The notes: a model not told the origin generated them from the sequence alone. 64,000 nucleotides of DNA from Raillietiella orientalis (GCA_036172245.1 JAYWIR010000014.1:3658001-3722000), one strand, 5' to 3'; counted from the stretch's first letter, positions 1 through 12,044 are shown. Translations and numbers: made by a program.

Positions 1-537
1 CAATAAGGACGAAGATAACAATAGCAAGAGGAAGAAGTAACGGTGGCGAGACTGTGCTGCTGACAGCCAATTTGTGTTGTTCCTCTTTCGCTTGTTCTTC
101 CGGCGCTTCCCTCACATCCCAGTACCCCGGTCCCCATTTCGAGTTCTCAGACACAGTAACCGCTAGCTCGTTACCGAAACCGCGGTACCAACGTCATCGT
201 GCTTCGCCACCCCAGCAGGAATGGCTTCCCCGGAGTCGCTCCTCTTTGTCCACTCCCCGTTTTCCACCTTGTTGTGGACTGCTTGAGAATGCATATCTAT
301 TCTCCCTCGGAGCCACGTCATTTCTTCTTCTGGAGATCGTCTGGTGCCGTGGATTTGAGCAGCGTCCTTTCTCTTCCTCTACCTTTCGCATCCTTGCCGG
401 GCGCATGGTGGTCACGCTACCAGGTCGAGCGCCGCCAGAGATGAACCACCCTCTCTCCATCGCGCGGTCGCCGCTTCTCACCTTGTCCATTGTTTGAACC
501 ATTCATCTCTCGAACCTGTCTTTTTTTCCCGTTCCAG

Positions 538-791
538 GAGGACCACATTCCGTTAGCTCACCCCTTGGCACTGGGCTGCGTGCGAGCAGCCTGCAAGAGA
601 CCGGGGAGGAGGAGGAGGAGAATGAAGAGGAGGAGGAGGACGACGACGAGGAGGAGAATGAAGAGGAGGATGACGACGAGGAGGAGGAAGAAGAAGGAGA
701 GGAAGAGGAGGAGGAAGTAGAGGAAGAAGAGGAGGAAGAGAAAGAGGAAGCACAGGAAGAGGAGTTTCAAAAAGAAAGGGATGAGGATCAG
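538..791 (+). CDS. Probable upstream exon of the HOIP/LUBEL-like gene, encoding a Glu/Asp-rich tract (GPHSVSSPLG...EEEEENEEEEEDDD...KERDEDQ)
   Basis: Acceptor tttttttcccgttccAG ends at 537 and donor CAG|GTGAGT follows at 792. One frame is open throughout and reads GAG/GAC/GAA. Assignment to the downstream gene is inferred from strand and proximity. Confidence 0.55.
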
Positions 792-3619
792 GTGAGTTGT
801 CCCCGTCGTAAGATGCAGCTCGAATCGCTCTCTCTCTTCCTGCGTGTGCATGCAGCGTCCCCATGGCGAAACTTCCTGGAATGCAGAAAAACATCCAGGT
901 CACCGGAGTATTCCCGGTTAGCCTCCTGCCTCTCCATTACTTCCTTTCCTTCACCTGTTCCTCTTCAAACACCCTCTGCGGGAAGCACCAATTCTCTCTC
1001 TTCATTCTGGATCGGCGGCGGGCACTACGGTGAGGAAGGACTCTACCGCAGTTTTCTATGGGGCGTTCCTGCTATCGTATCTTCGGGAAGCCTTTTCCTC
1101 CGAGGAACGGGTAGGGAGCGAAAGAGAAGGAGGAGGGAGACGCTTGGAGTAGTTTGCGTTCGAAAGGAAACACTGCAGCCATCTCCATTTCCATGCTTCA
1201 TTTCGTCGCGCACACACCTCACAGGCTGCCGTGAGCGTCCCGTGTGAGGTCTCCATGGTTGCAGCGAAGGGCAATTTCCGTTCTGAGGAATTCATCACTG
1301 AGAAGAAAAGGGCACGGAACTGGAATGCACGAAACACGGAACAGTGCCTCTCTGTTGGAGGGAAAGAAAGTGCTTTCAAAAAAGGGCAGCAAGAAGAAGG
1401 CTGCAGACTTGTCTGGGGGGCAGCACTATAAATAGCCTCAGGGGGCGATGAAGGGATAAAACACTCTTGTTCGAGATCCGCAATCTTTTCCCAAGGTAAC
1501 ATGGCTTCGCCTTGTTCCTTCATCCGAGGCTGCTGCTTCTGCTGCTTCCGCAGCTACTTCCAGAGCCACTGAGATTGCTGGCTTTATCGGAACTCTTGTC
1601 TCTCTGGAGAGGAATCACCTGCGGCATCTTCGCTCCCTAGACGGAAGCGCAGGATCGGGAGTTCCGTGCTTCTTCTCTTTCCGCAGTCACCGCCAGGTGC
1701 TTCCTTTTTACGTCACATCTTCTGAGCTAAACATAGCCTATCGCTCGCCCCGTTTTTCGGTAGTTTCTCTACGGGATGCGGGGTGTATTTCCTCCTGTGA
1801 GGAATTCTGAATCCGTTTGTCGTGACCAGGAAAAACTAACATGGAGGGGTAGCGTGCATCTGTGTATGTGTGTAAGGGGGGAGAAGCTGCCCCGGAGCCA
1901 GACCGCAGACTTTGGGAAACCACGATGCCGTTTCAGGCACGTAAAGAGTACCATTCCTTATCTGCTCCTCCTCTTTTCTCTCTATCTCCGAAATCTCGGC
2001 AAGGCATTCCAAGCGAGAAGAGGGAAAATCGTATTTGCCAGAAGTGGCATCCGCCCCTCTCTGGACTCATCACTGGCAAAGTACGCCTCCAAGAGAAGAG
2101 GCATAGCTCCGTGGCTGGCAGCGGACGCGCCTGCGCAGCAGTCGTCGGCCACGCTGGAGTCACGGAATCGAGTCCGCCGCGTGTGCGAGCGACCTTTCGT
2201 CACAAATGGTGTGGTGGTCGGTCCTCCCAGGCTTCGTGACCTTCTCGGCTTTGCTCACTTTGGAATTTCGGTAGAACCCCGGTGTCGGACTGCCCCCCTC
2301 GAAGAGCAACGCATCCGCGCTTCGACGAACAGCACTTCCTTCTTGTTTTCGTTTCTACAGGCGACACGCTCTGCCATCTCCGTTTCAAGGAAGCTTGTTG
2401 GAAGCCACTTGTGGACTCCGAACACGTGCCCGCATGCGCGCGATGCACGCAGGGCGAAGTCGTCATTTTCTTCTTGACCCGGTTGCGCTGGTTGACTTCT
2501 TTCGGTTCGAACTTTTTTAATAATTGCAGTACTCTTCATCTAGATCTTTTTCTTTTTTTTACTTAAAAAAAAAAATCCACCCTTCTCTTTCAAATCTTTG
2601 GCTGATTTCCAGATCCAGTGCATCGAGGAATCAAGCAATGATCTTCAGCAGATTTTTTCGCTTCAAGGTCACAGACGAAAAGAATCCTCAGAATATGAAG
2701 TGGATCTTGGAATCTGCTGGCTTCGGATTGCGAGTGCTCACATGGTTTTAGAATTGCATTTCCATTCGGAAAATTCAATCTCGGCAGTCGATTTCTCAGA
2801 ATGAGACACTCAACAGATGCAGCCGGAAAGTTCAAGTCATAGCAAGCTCCTTGAAAGCAGTAGAGGCGGGAGAAGCGCGAAGAAGACAACCAGCCGAACG
2901 GCGAAAGAATGAACTCATCTCAGGCGACGCCGACGGAGCAGCAGGAAGGTTCTTGTAGGCGGAGGCGAGGCGATGGCCTTCATTCTCCGAGCAGGGAAGC
3001 AGAGAACCTTTCCGTTCAATCTGCAAGGTGTGGCATTAGCCGTGGCAGGTGTGGATTGAGGTGCTGCATCCCGGAGCCGCGGAGACCGGAACGAAACGAT
3101 TTCTCAGAACGGATGGATCCAGCTTCGTTTTGGATGATTCATCCTGAACTTGGAGATCCCCGCGAGAGCATTCGAGCACTATTCCTCAATGGTGCGATGC
3201 ATGAGACAGCCTCTGGCACGAAGAATGAGAACACTGCAAAAATTCCTCGAGGGAATCTTCTCTAGGAATTGGGAAGGGACGGGGACCTGTTCGATCCGTG
3301 ATCCATAACCCTTCATCGACGTCCTCAGGTGAAGCACAACGATCAAGAAAACTTGACCTCTCTTCTTGTGCCTGCATGCTGCGCGTAGCTTTCTTCTGAA
3401 ATCGACGCCTGTTGCTTCCGACCGACGCTGCTGCTTAGCTCAGCTGCTTGACGATGAGGCTCGGTTTCGTTCAGCGCCACATCGCTTAGCGCGCGCATTG
3501 TGTGCCGTAGTGTCACGCGTATTCTTTTCCAAGGGTTTGAACGGAAGAGGAAAAAACACCTCAAACGCAAACATTACGCCGTCACAGCACGAATGACTGT
3601 CTCGAGTGTTCTCTTTCAG

Positions 3620-3817
3620 AGTCTTCCTCAAAGGCTGATGAGCGACGGAAAAGTCACCACGGATGAGCAAGGAAGAGTGGTGGCGAGACTGCTGGAGCTT
3701 GATTTCCCCGAGGAGGCAGCCATAGAAGCCTCTCGGCACTGTTCGGACGTTTACTGCGCAGTGAAGTTCTTGGGACAGGAGTGCCAAGTGTGCTTCACTC
3801 CTTCTTCGGTCCAGCAA
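3620..3817 (+). CDS. RNF31: HOIP/LUBEL-like exon: UBA-like region and start of RING1
   Basis: Encodes RLMSDGK...LLELDFPEEAAIEASRHCSDVYCAVKFLGQECQVC. Donor GTAAGA at 3818 is phase 0 and joins the 8405 exon in frame. The acceptor could be 3619/3620 or 3633/3634. Confidence 0.85.
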
Positions 3818-4011
3818 GTAAGATGTTGACTGCATCTTCCGATGAATGGTATCAGACGAGAGAGTGCTTGCATTCCTTGAGATGATGACTCTTGCGTAGT
3901 TCTTTCTTATTCCCTGTGTCGCCATAGTGAGAGCGAAGTTCCGCTTCAGAGCTGTGACAATCCGCAATGGCGCAGCTCCTCGATCTCACATCTAAGGCCG
4001 TGCGCGGTTTT

Positions 4012-4080
4012 CCCGTTCGTGCCGGTGGTAAGCAAATGCTGATGAGGTCCCACCTTCACGAAACGGGTGGCCGACATAGC
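4012..4080 (+). ncRNA. Degenerate hammerhead-ribozyme-like motif
   Basis: Core CTGATGA (4039-4045) and GAAA (4060-4063) with candidate stems I and III. Stem II is poor. Confidence 0.35.
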
Positions 4081-4142
4081 GATTGGATTAAGAAGCGTCG
4101 CGCCCCCTCCTCACGAAACACCTAACCGCAAGACAAGGGCAG

Positions 4143-4177
4143 ATCTTGTCTTCGGCCTTTTGGCTAAGATCAAAGTG
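4143..4177 (+). pseudogene. 3'-truncated U2 snRNA fragment (about the first 35 nt)
   Basis: TCGGCCTTTTGGCTAAGATCAAAGTG matches the conserved U2 5' end. The match stops before the GTAGTA branch-point recognition sequence is complete, and the first few nt are diverged. Confidence 0.75.
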
Positions 4178-4224
4178 GCCTTGTCTCCGGCGAACGGCAT
4201 CTGACGTCAGAACACTCTCTGCGT

Positions 4225-4500
4225 CATGGCAAGAATCAAGATTATAGAGTTACAGATTTGCTAACCTTCAACATCCTGCCCATAAAGGCATCGCCACCAG
4301 CGATGACATCGATCTCATGTGCTCGAGGCTCGTGGTGTGAGAACAGTCTTTCAAGAACATTCTCAATCACGGAGCAAGCAACGCAACCATGGCAACTGAA
4401 AGAGCGGTGAAGGTTCCCGGAACAAAAAGGCTATCCGGAAGCACTGGAGGTTCCTAACCAGACTATCCCCAGGATAAACTCCAAGCCTAGATTAGAGGTG
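4225..4500 (+). mobile_element. Possible decayed start of a LINE AP-endonuclease (RTE-like)
   Basis: Frameshifted peptides DLLTFNILP and DDIDLMC resemble the T(W/F)N and DIxxLQE motifs of the APE N-terminus. Confidence 0.3.
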
Positions 4501-6699
4501 GTGCTTCAAGGAAGGAGTGGGACGATTCTGCTGAATCGGCTTTGAAAGAGGCAGCACAAAGGAAGGGGAGCAAGTATCCAGGATTGGCTCTCCGGTTCGC
4601 CTCCGAAGGAGTAGCGATCTGAGTCAGTAGGAGCAATTGTTGTCCCTGCGGGTCTCGGGACTGGGAAAACGGAGAAGTGATTTGAGAACTGAAGTTCCTT
4701 AGAAGAAAGGTGGAGGAGCACTTGGCAAAGAAATGCTCTGCGACAGTTCAATGCTTCGGGGCCAGACACGGCAGGCGTCGGTCGAGTTCCCAGCCTTTAG
4801 CGACCAGTTCTCCCTTACGAATTTCTTCGAAATTTCAGAAACCTTTTCGATCCAGAAGCCGAAGTTTCTGCAGACTTCCATTTTCTGGGAACTCTTTTTG
4901 TTGAGCTTTGCTGAGCGTCAACACGCCTCTGAGCGTTGAGCTCGAAGGAGATGTTTACCTCAGGGTTCTCGATGAGCGCGTGGTGAGTGCAGGTCTCCAA
5001 GAGAGTCGGAGAGACATCTTCATGTGATCTCTCTGTGGTTTCAAACTTGAACAGCAGCCTGGCCATGCGAGTGTTTAGCATTGGTAGGTATCGATGCTGT
5101 GGGATATCTCCACAATCTGCAAGTTTCTCCGCAGTCTACTGCTAGGTGGATTGCAATCTCGATGCTTCGGTGGCAACCTGACCACTACCTACGCAACTAT
5201 TAGAGAGCAAGGGTTCAGAAATCGGTGCCGTCCACAAGGTCTGTTACGCAAGATGGCAGGTGAAAGGAGGCAGGAAACTTTTCGCGCAGGGCATCAGCCG
5301 TCTGCGGAAAGAGCTCGGAGATCTCAGGTTAGAACCAAGAGAAACGGAGGGCAGTCGGCAGTTGTAGGCGACCCTTTGGAAGATTCGCTTTTTTCCGCAG
5401 GCACTTTCGTCGCAGTACAAGTGAGCACTCCGTCTAGCTCCTCTCCCGTTCCCAAGGTCGCAAACATCTTGCAAAGGGAAAGAGCGAAAAATTCGATCTT
5501 GTTGAGAGAGTTTTGAAGAAATGGTCTCGGGGAAAAGTCCTGGAGCGGGCGTCATGTCAAAACCTCTCTGCTAGTGGACTTCACAAAAGGATGCGACAAC
5601 CGCTGGACAAGGGCTAACGCAGGGGAAAACACAGGGAGTTTCCGTGCGGTTTGTCAAGGCGGCAGCGTCCCTGTCTCCGTGCGCGCTTTCGCGGGGAAAA
5701 AACCTTGCACGAGAAACTTCTCGATGTGCCGAGTGTTCTTCCAGGCTTTATGGAGGTGGCTCACTCGCAGACTGCTTCCTGTGAGGAGGTGGTGAACAGC
5801 TCGGTAAAATCGCAACTGTGATTCATCCTCGGAGTCGGTTCCTGGTCAGAAGTTCCATTCTCACGAGCAGAACACCAAAGGAAACGAATCGAAATCAAGA
5901 ATTCAAGGATTCAGGAAACCCACTTTCGAGGACCGTTTCCAGGATTAAAAGTGAAAAGTCTAGAAAAACGCCGGTCACTGCGCAGCATTGCGCCGATGGT
6001 TTCCTCGGTCCCGCTCATGGTACGCAGCTGCAAGCGGTCGACCTCGGGGGCTGCAGACGGAACGGCAGAACCGACTCTCTAGAAGGCCGAATATGCCTTC
6101 AAGCGGTCGGATTCAATCCTGGGCTCGAATCTGGCAAGCAGTAGTCCTCTTCAGCACGGTGAGAACACCTCCCCGCTGGATGTTGGTTCTGGAGCTACTT
6201 GGGAGTTCCCTTGGCCGAGGTCGTCGCTTGTCTCATCCGACTTGTGCGCGCGCTCCTCCCCTCGACTTTGGGAGGCGGGGGGGAGACACGAGCGGCCGCG
6301 CACAACGATTTTCAATTTCTCGTTTTGCGTGCGGCGGCTGCGTGGCCTGACGAGATCTTCGGGTCGAAGCCGCGCTCTGCGCAGGCGCCGAGCCGCTTCG
6401 TCTGTCCAGTCGCGGAACTGACGCTGCAAGACGGCTGGCTCCCAAATGTCGATCGAGCATCTCAAGATCAACAGGGACTCTCGGAAGTGATCTTGGAAAG
6501 CTTCGGAAGATCATCCGTGGTCTTCTCTCGAGTGCCATAAAAAAAAAAAAAAAATATTGCATGTCTTTCGCTTTCAGGACAGAGAAATGATGAGCACGGG
6601 CAAGTGGACTCGGAAAGTTATGGGTTCAGGGGCCCCTGGGGTCATGTTTCACATTCTGATAGGCGCTCCCCACAGTCAGAAGAAGGAAGGAACAGAATG

Positions 6700-7170
6700 A
6701 ATCGACTCCCTCTCTTTCCCGAATGAATCCAGCCCTATGTGGTGAAATGATTCGAAAGAAAGCAGTTTTCAATCAAAAGGTCCAAGAGCCTGAAAATGAG
6801 GTTCCAAGTTGCCGAATGGCAAAAGCATGCCATCCTTCCGTCCGTCAGGAGCTTGCAGTTAGAAAAGTCATTGCTGACCTTAAATCCTTGTGGTATCCAT
6901 TCGGCAGAGTGAACAGCTCCGTCACGGGGAGAGATGCCTTCGAATGGATCAGGAGGGGATATTCTAGGAGTGACCGGCGAGCAGAAGCTGCTGCAAGAAG
7001 AGTGAGCAAGGATCGGAAAGTACCGTATGGGAGATTTGGAGCTGAATTGCCACAGACTTTTGACCTGAGCGTCCAGGAACTTCCTCCTAGTCCCGCTCAT
7101 ATCCCAGAGCAGCGCGTGAGGACCCTGTCTACACACCCGCGTAGGGAGGGTGACTCGAGGACCGAGTCGT
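6700..7170 (+). mobile_element. Decayed non-LTR reverse transcriptase fragment (intronic)
   Basis: IADLKS, AFEWIR and ELPQTFDLS occur in the order of the DLSKAFD, WI and GVPQGS motifs. Highly degenerate. Confidence 0.3.
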
Positions 7171-8404
7171 GCTGAGTTCACCGCCTCCAAGGACTGGCTC
7201 GTGAGAGGAATTAGCTCTCGAGGGAGATGCAGCCGCCGGAACGGTAGAAAGGTCCTCTCTTCGTAATTAAGTCTCCGGACAGCTCAGGGAGGTGTGGCCG
7301 GGACTCTTCCTCAGGACTCCTGATCCTTGTCGAGGATGGCATCTCGGGCTCTCAAGGTCCATTTGCTTTCGGAGGGTACGAGCGCCGTGTCCTCCCGCTT
7401 CCTCTTCTGATGTCGGGAGCGCTCAGAAAGATACGGGTCTCCAGACGTGGGAGATGCTCGCGCCATCCTTCGAGAGAAAGCTCCCCGTCTTTCCAGTAAC
7501 TTCAGAGCCAGGTCTCGGAGTTCATCTCGCTCTGTCGCCGCACGCTTTGGCAGCGCGGGGTTCACTAGGACCCGTGAAGAGGGCAACTACGTGGGAAGTT
7601 TGGGGAAAAAGAAAGGGAGAGGTCGGTGAAGGGATGTAAGGAATTCCATTTCTCTTTCCATCGACGCCGACGTTGCATCCCTTCGGTCCAGATTCTCCAC
7701 GGTTTTTCCCTATCTGCTGGAAAATCTCCTTACGGACATCGAGAGCTCTTCAGGAAGCTGCAGAACGGAGGGAGACATCTTCACGGCATGCTCGGATGAA
7801 GTTTCTAAACTTCATGTCTAGGCTTCATGTCTTTTTCTTTGTCTTGCCACAGTTTCTCCTGCCTCTCCTTGCTCATCCCTTGCTCCAGAAAAAAAAAAAA
7901 AAAACTCTATTCGCTTTCTCATTCTCTTTTCCCGCGTTCGTCTTCTTCCTCCTCTCAAATCAGCTGATGACGAGACAAGTGCAGGAAGATTCCCTTGAGG
8001 GCAAGTAGCTAGGAGGGTCGAGATCTGTGGGGAACAACCCTGTTCTTTTCCGGCAGGGAGGACGAAGCGAGCGGCTCCTTGTTTGCATGCCCCTTGAGAC
8101 TTATGGCGGTGCTGCTTCTGTTCCCCCCGTTGGCTCTCTACGATTCGGAAGGCAGGCCACCAGGAGCGCTGACCCAGATGGACTGGGGGAGAGCGGTCTT
8201 CGGAGCGAGGGGTTTTCGGGAATTTATCGGTCGGAGAAGGCGACTCTCGCGCTCCACGGGGAGGACGGAGGAAGCCCACAAAGGGTGTGAGCGGATCCTT
8301 CCCCGCACGGCGGACTGCCCCAGCCCTCAAAGCTCCTCCTGCCTTGCGCATGCCGGGGGATCTCTGGTCTCGGCTCATCCCCTCATCTTCTTTACATTTT
8401 CCAG

Positions 8405-8677
8405 ATCATTGCCATGTTATACTGCACCCACCGCTGCTGCGTCCAGTGCGCCAGGGCCCACTTCACTGCTGCCATCAAGGAGAAGAGCGTCCTCAACATC
8501 AAGTGCCCGTTTTGCGACGAGCCAGATCTCAGGCTAGACAGCTCAGCCCACGAGTACTTCAATCACATGGACATTTTTCTAAAGTCTCTGGTCTCCACCG
8601 ACGTCCACGAACTCTTTCAGCAAAAGGTCAGGGACTGGAGCCTCAGGAGGGACCCGGACTTTCGTTGGTGCACGAAG
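8405..8677 (+). CDS. RNF31: HOIP/LUBEL-like exon: RING1 and start of IBR
   Basis: Encodes IIAMLYCTHRCCVQC...KCPFC...HELFQQKVRDWSLRRDPDFRWCTK. Bounded by ttttccAG and GTACGC; 273 nt, phase 0/0. Confidence 0.95.
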
Positions 8678-9179
8678 GTACGCAGGACATCCGTGCGGCC
8701 TCTCGTGGATGCCGCTCTTCCCCGAGCTCGGAGAGGCGGAGGAGGGGAGAGGGAGGGGAGAACGGGGAGAGAGACTCCATCTGGGGGCGGGCGGGTCGTG
8801 GTCAGTTCGGAGATTTCGCTCTGCTCTCGATCCGTGGGAGCTCCGTCGTGTCTCCCTGAGAAGAAGGTGGCAACGCAAGGGATTCAGCTGGTTCCCCTCC
8901 GCGGAGTGCTCCACGCTACTTTTTTCTCCGTGAACCAGGAGTCTGCCTTTCCCTTTTTCCCTGTTTTCCTCCTTTTTCCCTGTTCCAATGAGGCTTCGGT
9001 CACTCCCGTGCCACCGTCGGCCAGCCCATCGCGTAGAGCCAGGGATTCTTTCCTGCTCTGTCTTTGATGCCCTTCTCTTCCACGCCCAGAGTCCCTCATT
9101 TGTTCGATCCTTCATTTCTCGCTGTTCGATGGCGCTCGCCTGGTCCTCTTCGTTGTCTGGGAAGGACACTGCCTTAAGC

Positions 9180-9900
9180 TCTGGCGGTTATCGATGAAGA
9201 TGGTAGATCGATGTCCTCCAGCTGACGGAGGCGTCTCCGGATGCTGCGCGCAATCCCCGTCGAGCGGGAGGAGGAGTCGTCCAGCTCGGTGAGGTCTCCT
9301 CTTGTAGCGGTGGAGGCAGCGTGATGCTCTCCAAGTTGGTTCGATAGAGAGGACTCTGAATGCCGTCTGACCTCCCTTACTAATCTCTGAGTACCCATGG
9401 CGGCTCGCCATCCTCCCTTCTCTGCATCCAGAGGCCGATCCTTCGACCAAATCCGGAACGCAGGTGGTAAAGCAGGTGCCCCTCTGCGCTTGGAAGGGGA
9501 ACTAAAGAAGAGGATGCTTGGTACTGCAGCTGCAACCGCGGCGGCGCCTCTCCCTTTCTCACTGTGATGAGCAAGCGTTTGTCAGCAATGTTCTTGAGAC
9601 TCTCTCCTGTCACTCCTGCCTCCTCACTTCTCTTTGGAGACGTTCTGAGGTTCATTCCGGGCTGGACCGCTTCCTCGCTGATCCTTTGACCCTAGGACCT
9701 CCTATTCGGTCGGAGAACCGTAACCTGGAATCTTTCCTCAAGGTCCATCTCCTTCTCAAATCTGTAGCTGAGCTCGGACGGACAGGCCACCCGGCCTGAG
9801 ATCCTTCCAGGCTCTGCTCTTCGAGATCCCCAGATGCTGGAATGGTACTTGCGCTCGCGAAGATTTCCACTTCATGTCGCTTTGAGCAGAGCGTGTCGGA
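9180..9900 (-). mobile_element. Decayed LINE endonuclease/linker fragment (intronic)
   Basis: Minus-strand WTL..DSRLRFSDR resembles the APE SRLD/SDH motifs. Confidence 0.25.
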
Positions 9901-9995
9901 AGTTGTGAGTGCAGGGGTCACTCGGAACTGCCGCTCAGTCCTCCTTCCACCTGAATGGTTCCTGCCGCTTTTGTCCTCCTCTTCACTTGTTTTAG

Positions 9996-10085
9996 TGCTC
10001 CTTCGGGTTCATCGTGAACATCAGGGAGACTCAAGTCATTTGCCCGAGCTGCCAGTCTTCCTTCTGCAAGAACTGCCTCTCTTCG
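9996..10085 (+). CDS. RNF31: HOIP/LUBEL-like exon: IBR
   Basis: Encodes CSFGFIVNIRETQVICPSCQSSFCKNCLSS. Bounded by ttttAG and GTAAGC; 90 nt, phase 0/0. Confidence 0.93.
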
Positions 10086-10206
10086 GTAAGCGATGGCTTG
10101 AGCAACAGCGCCCAGCGCGCGGGAAGGGTGGGTGGAGAATAGGGGGAAAGGGAGGGAACATATTGTGACCACTTCACAAGGGCAAGCCCCTCCGACTTTT
10201 TTCCAG

Positions 10207-10554
10207 TGGGAGGTTCAGCACGAGAACATGGAATGCCGCGAGTTTCTGGAGTGGAAAGCGGGAAGCGACGCCCTGGTCCAGGAAAGAATCATCGAACGGC
10301 AGCTGGAAGAGAATGGCATCCGCTGTCCCCGCTGCCAGTTCGTTTATCTGCTCGCCAAGGGAGGCTGCATGCACTTCACTTGCACGCAGTGCCGCCACGA
10401 GTTCTGCAGCGGGTGCGGGCAACCCTTCAAGATGGGGGCAACGTGCGGCAAGAGCAAGTTCTGCGGGAAGCTGGGACTTCACGCGCACCACCCTCGAAAC
10501 TGTCTCTTCTATCTGAGGGACAAGTCCATAGAGGATCTCCGAGGTTTGCTGAAG
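10207..10554 (+). CDS. RNF31: HOIP/LUBEL-like exon: catalytic RING2 and start of LDD
   Basis: Encodes NGIRCPRC...[19 protein letters not shown]...[15 protein letters not shown], the signature HOIP motifs. The catalytic Cys codon is at 10366-10368. Length 348 nt. Confidence 0.97.
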
Positions 10555-10730
10555 GTCAGAGTCGACTCCCACCGGTGGAATGCATACACTGCAGCACTCT
10601 TTACGGTGCAGTCCTTTCCTCTTATTGCCACTCCTCCCTCTTGTTACTCTCCGCCTCCACCCTCTTCTTCCTCCTTTTCATGGAAATCTCTTCCCCATTT
10701 ATTTATTTCTCCATCCCTGGAATCTTCCAG

Positions 10731-10879
10731 AAACACTCCATACGGTACGACCAGGGTTTCAGCGCCTCGCGGCAATCCGAAGTGTGCCAGGTCATGGAGC
10801 AGAAGCACGCCGTCACGGGGGGGTTCACAGACGCCATCTGTGGCAGAAGGGTCGTCGATAGGGACTCCGGACTCTGCAG
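10731..10879 (+). CDS. RNF31: HOIP/LUBEL-like exon: LDD zinc site
   Basis: Encodes CQVMEQK...DAICGR...GLC(R). Bounded by cttccAG and GTACCG; ends in phase 2. Confidence 0.93.
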
Positions 10880-10998
10880 GTACCGCTGCTGCGCCTTGCT
10901 TACCCGATCTTTTACTGCGAGACCGTGCACGTCTCCAGTCCTCACCCTTCCCTCCTCCCCTCCATTGTCTCCTCTCTCTCTTCTTTCTCGTCACTCAG

Positions 10999-11164
10999 GA
11001 TCCATCAGATCGAGTATCTCGGCGGCCTCATAATCAAGCACAACCTGGACCCGACAAGCATCTTCGACTGCAACGACCTTCAGGTCCTCCTAAAGAGGCA
11101 CGACATCAAAATTCCCGCGGGGAGCAGCATGACACCTGGAGAGTACCGGAAGCTGCTGCTGAAG
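10999..11164 (+). CDS. RNF31: HOIP/LUBEL-like exon: LDD helices
   Basis: Encodes [18 protein letters not shown]...EYRKLLLK. The phase-2 acceptor matches the previous exon; donor GTGGGC. Confidence 0.92.
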
Positions 11165-11993
11165 GTGGGCGTGAATCGCAGCGGCCGTCGTGCGTTCTCC
11201 CTGACCTTTATTATTCGCCCTCCTTATCTGGCTTGCTTTCTTCGCGAAAATCGCCGACGGAGGTACATCAGCTCGGATGGCATCTCCTAGCGGCTCCATG
11301 TCTCGGAAGGGGGGGGGGGGGGGGAGGATCAGCTCTCGGATCTATAGAGAAGGCCGGAAAGAAAGGGAAAGTTACGCTGAGAGACGGAGCAATCGGCAAG
11401 GCAAACGAGGTCGACCTTGGAAGGTCGCAGCTCTTCCCCGAAAGAAGGGGTTGGCTTTCCGATCTGGTCCTCCCCGTGGATCCTCAGAGTGCGTAGCAAA
11501 GGGCGGGGTTCCTCGACACTACGGTTCCTGGAGCAGCATGCGCACACTTGTTGCTCCTTCTCAGAGTGAGCAGCTGCAGGCCCCCTTGAGAACGTGGCAG
11601 CCACAGTCTCCTGTGCTCTCCCACAAGGAAGGAGGAAAGGGGATGAGAGGGTGAGGAGAACGGGAACAAGGTGGTTTGAACAGATGAACGACGAGCTGGA
11701 AACGGCCCTGTAGTGCAGTCTCCTTGGGAACTGCCTTCCGCTTCACTTGAGAGAGCCATCACGCCAGAGTCTGGTTTTGGAGGAGGGCAGAGGAAAGGAA
11801 AAGATGCCGATGGGACTTGGGCGTCGTCGTCCAAATCCCATCGGCTTGCCTCAGTTTCCTCTTCGGGTCAGAAGGACACAGTCCTTTCATAGCCCTTTCG
11901 CCCACAACCACAAGAACTCCCCGTTCCGGAACGGAAACTTGCTCCTGGATAGCGACAGACCTGACTGCACAAATCTGCTTGTCTCCATTCCAG

Positions 11994-12044
11994 ATCGTGG
12001 AAGAGCGCATCCCTCTCGATTCCGTTCTTCCAACCAAAGTTTAG
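11994..12044 (+). CDS. RNF31: HOIP/LUBEL-like terminal coding exon
   Basis: ccattccAG|IVEERIPLDSVLPTKV-stop, phase 0. Resembles the HOIP E.(V/I)PL C-terminus. Confidence 0.8.
   Translation: MVEERIPLDSVLPTKV

Noticed and set aside
2613..3030. Possible additional HOIP exons
   Set aside because: Several acceptor/donor combinations exist, but none is uniquely phase-consistent or recognisable.
3635..3660. CTGATGA...GAAA as a second hammerhead
   Set aside because: It lies in coding sequence (LMSDGK) and has no convincing stems.
11309..11324. Homopolymer runs (G16 here, C19 at 42082-42100, G13 at 62517-62529)
   Set aside because: Simple repeats with no further structure; run lengths are also error-prone.
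10132..11496. 454-aa ORF read as a single protein
   Set aside because: It is intron read-through. Only 10207-10554 is coding in that frame; later exons use other frames.
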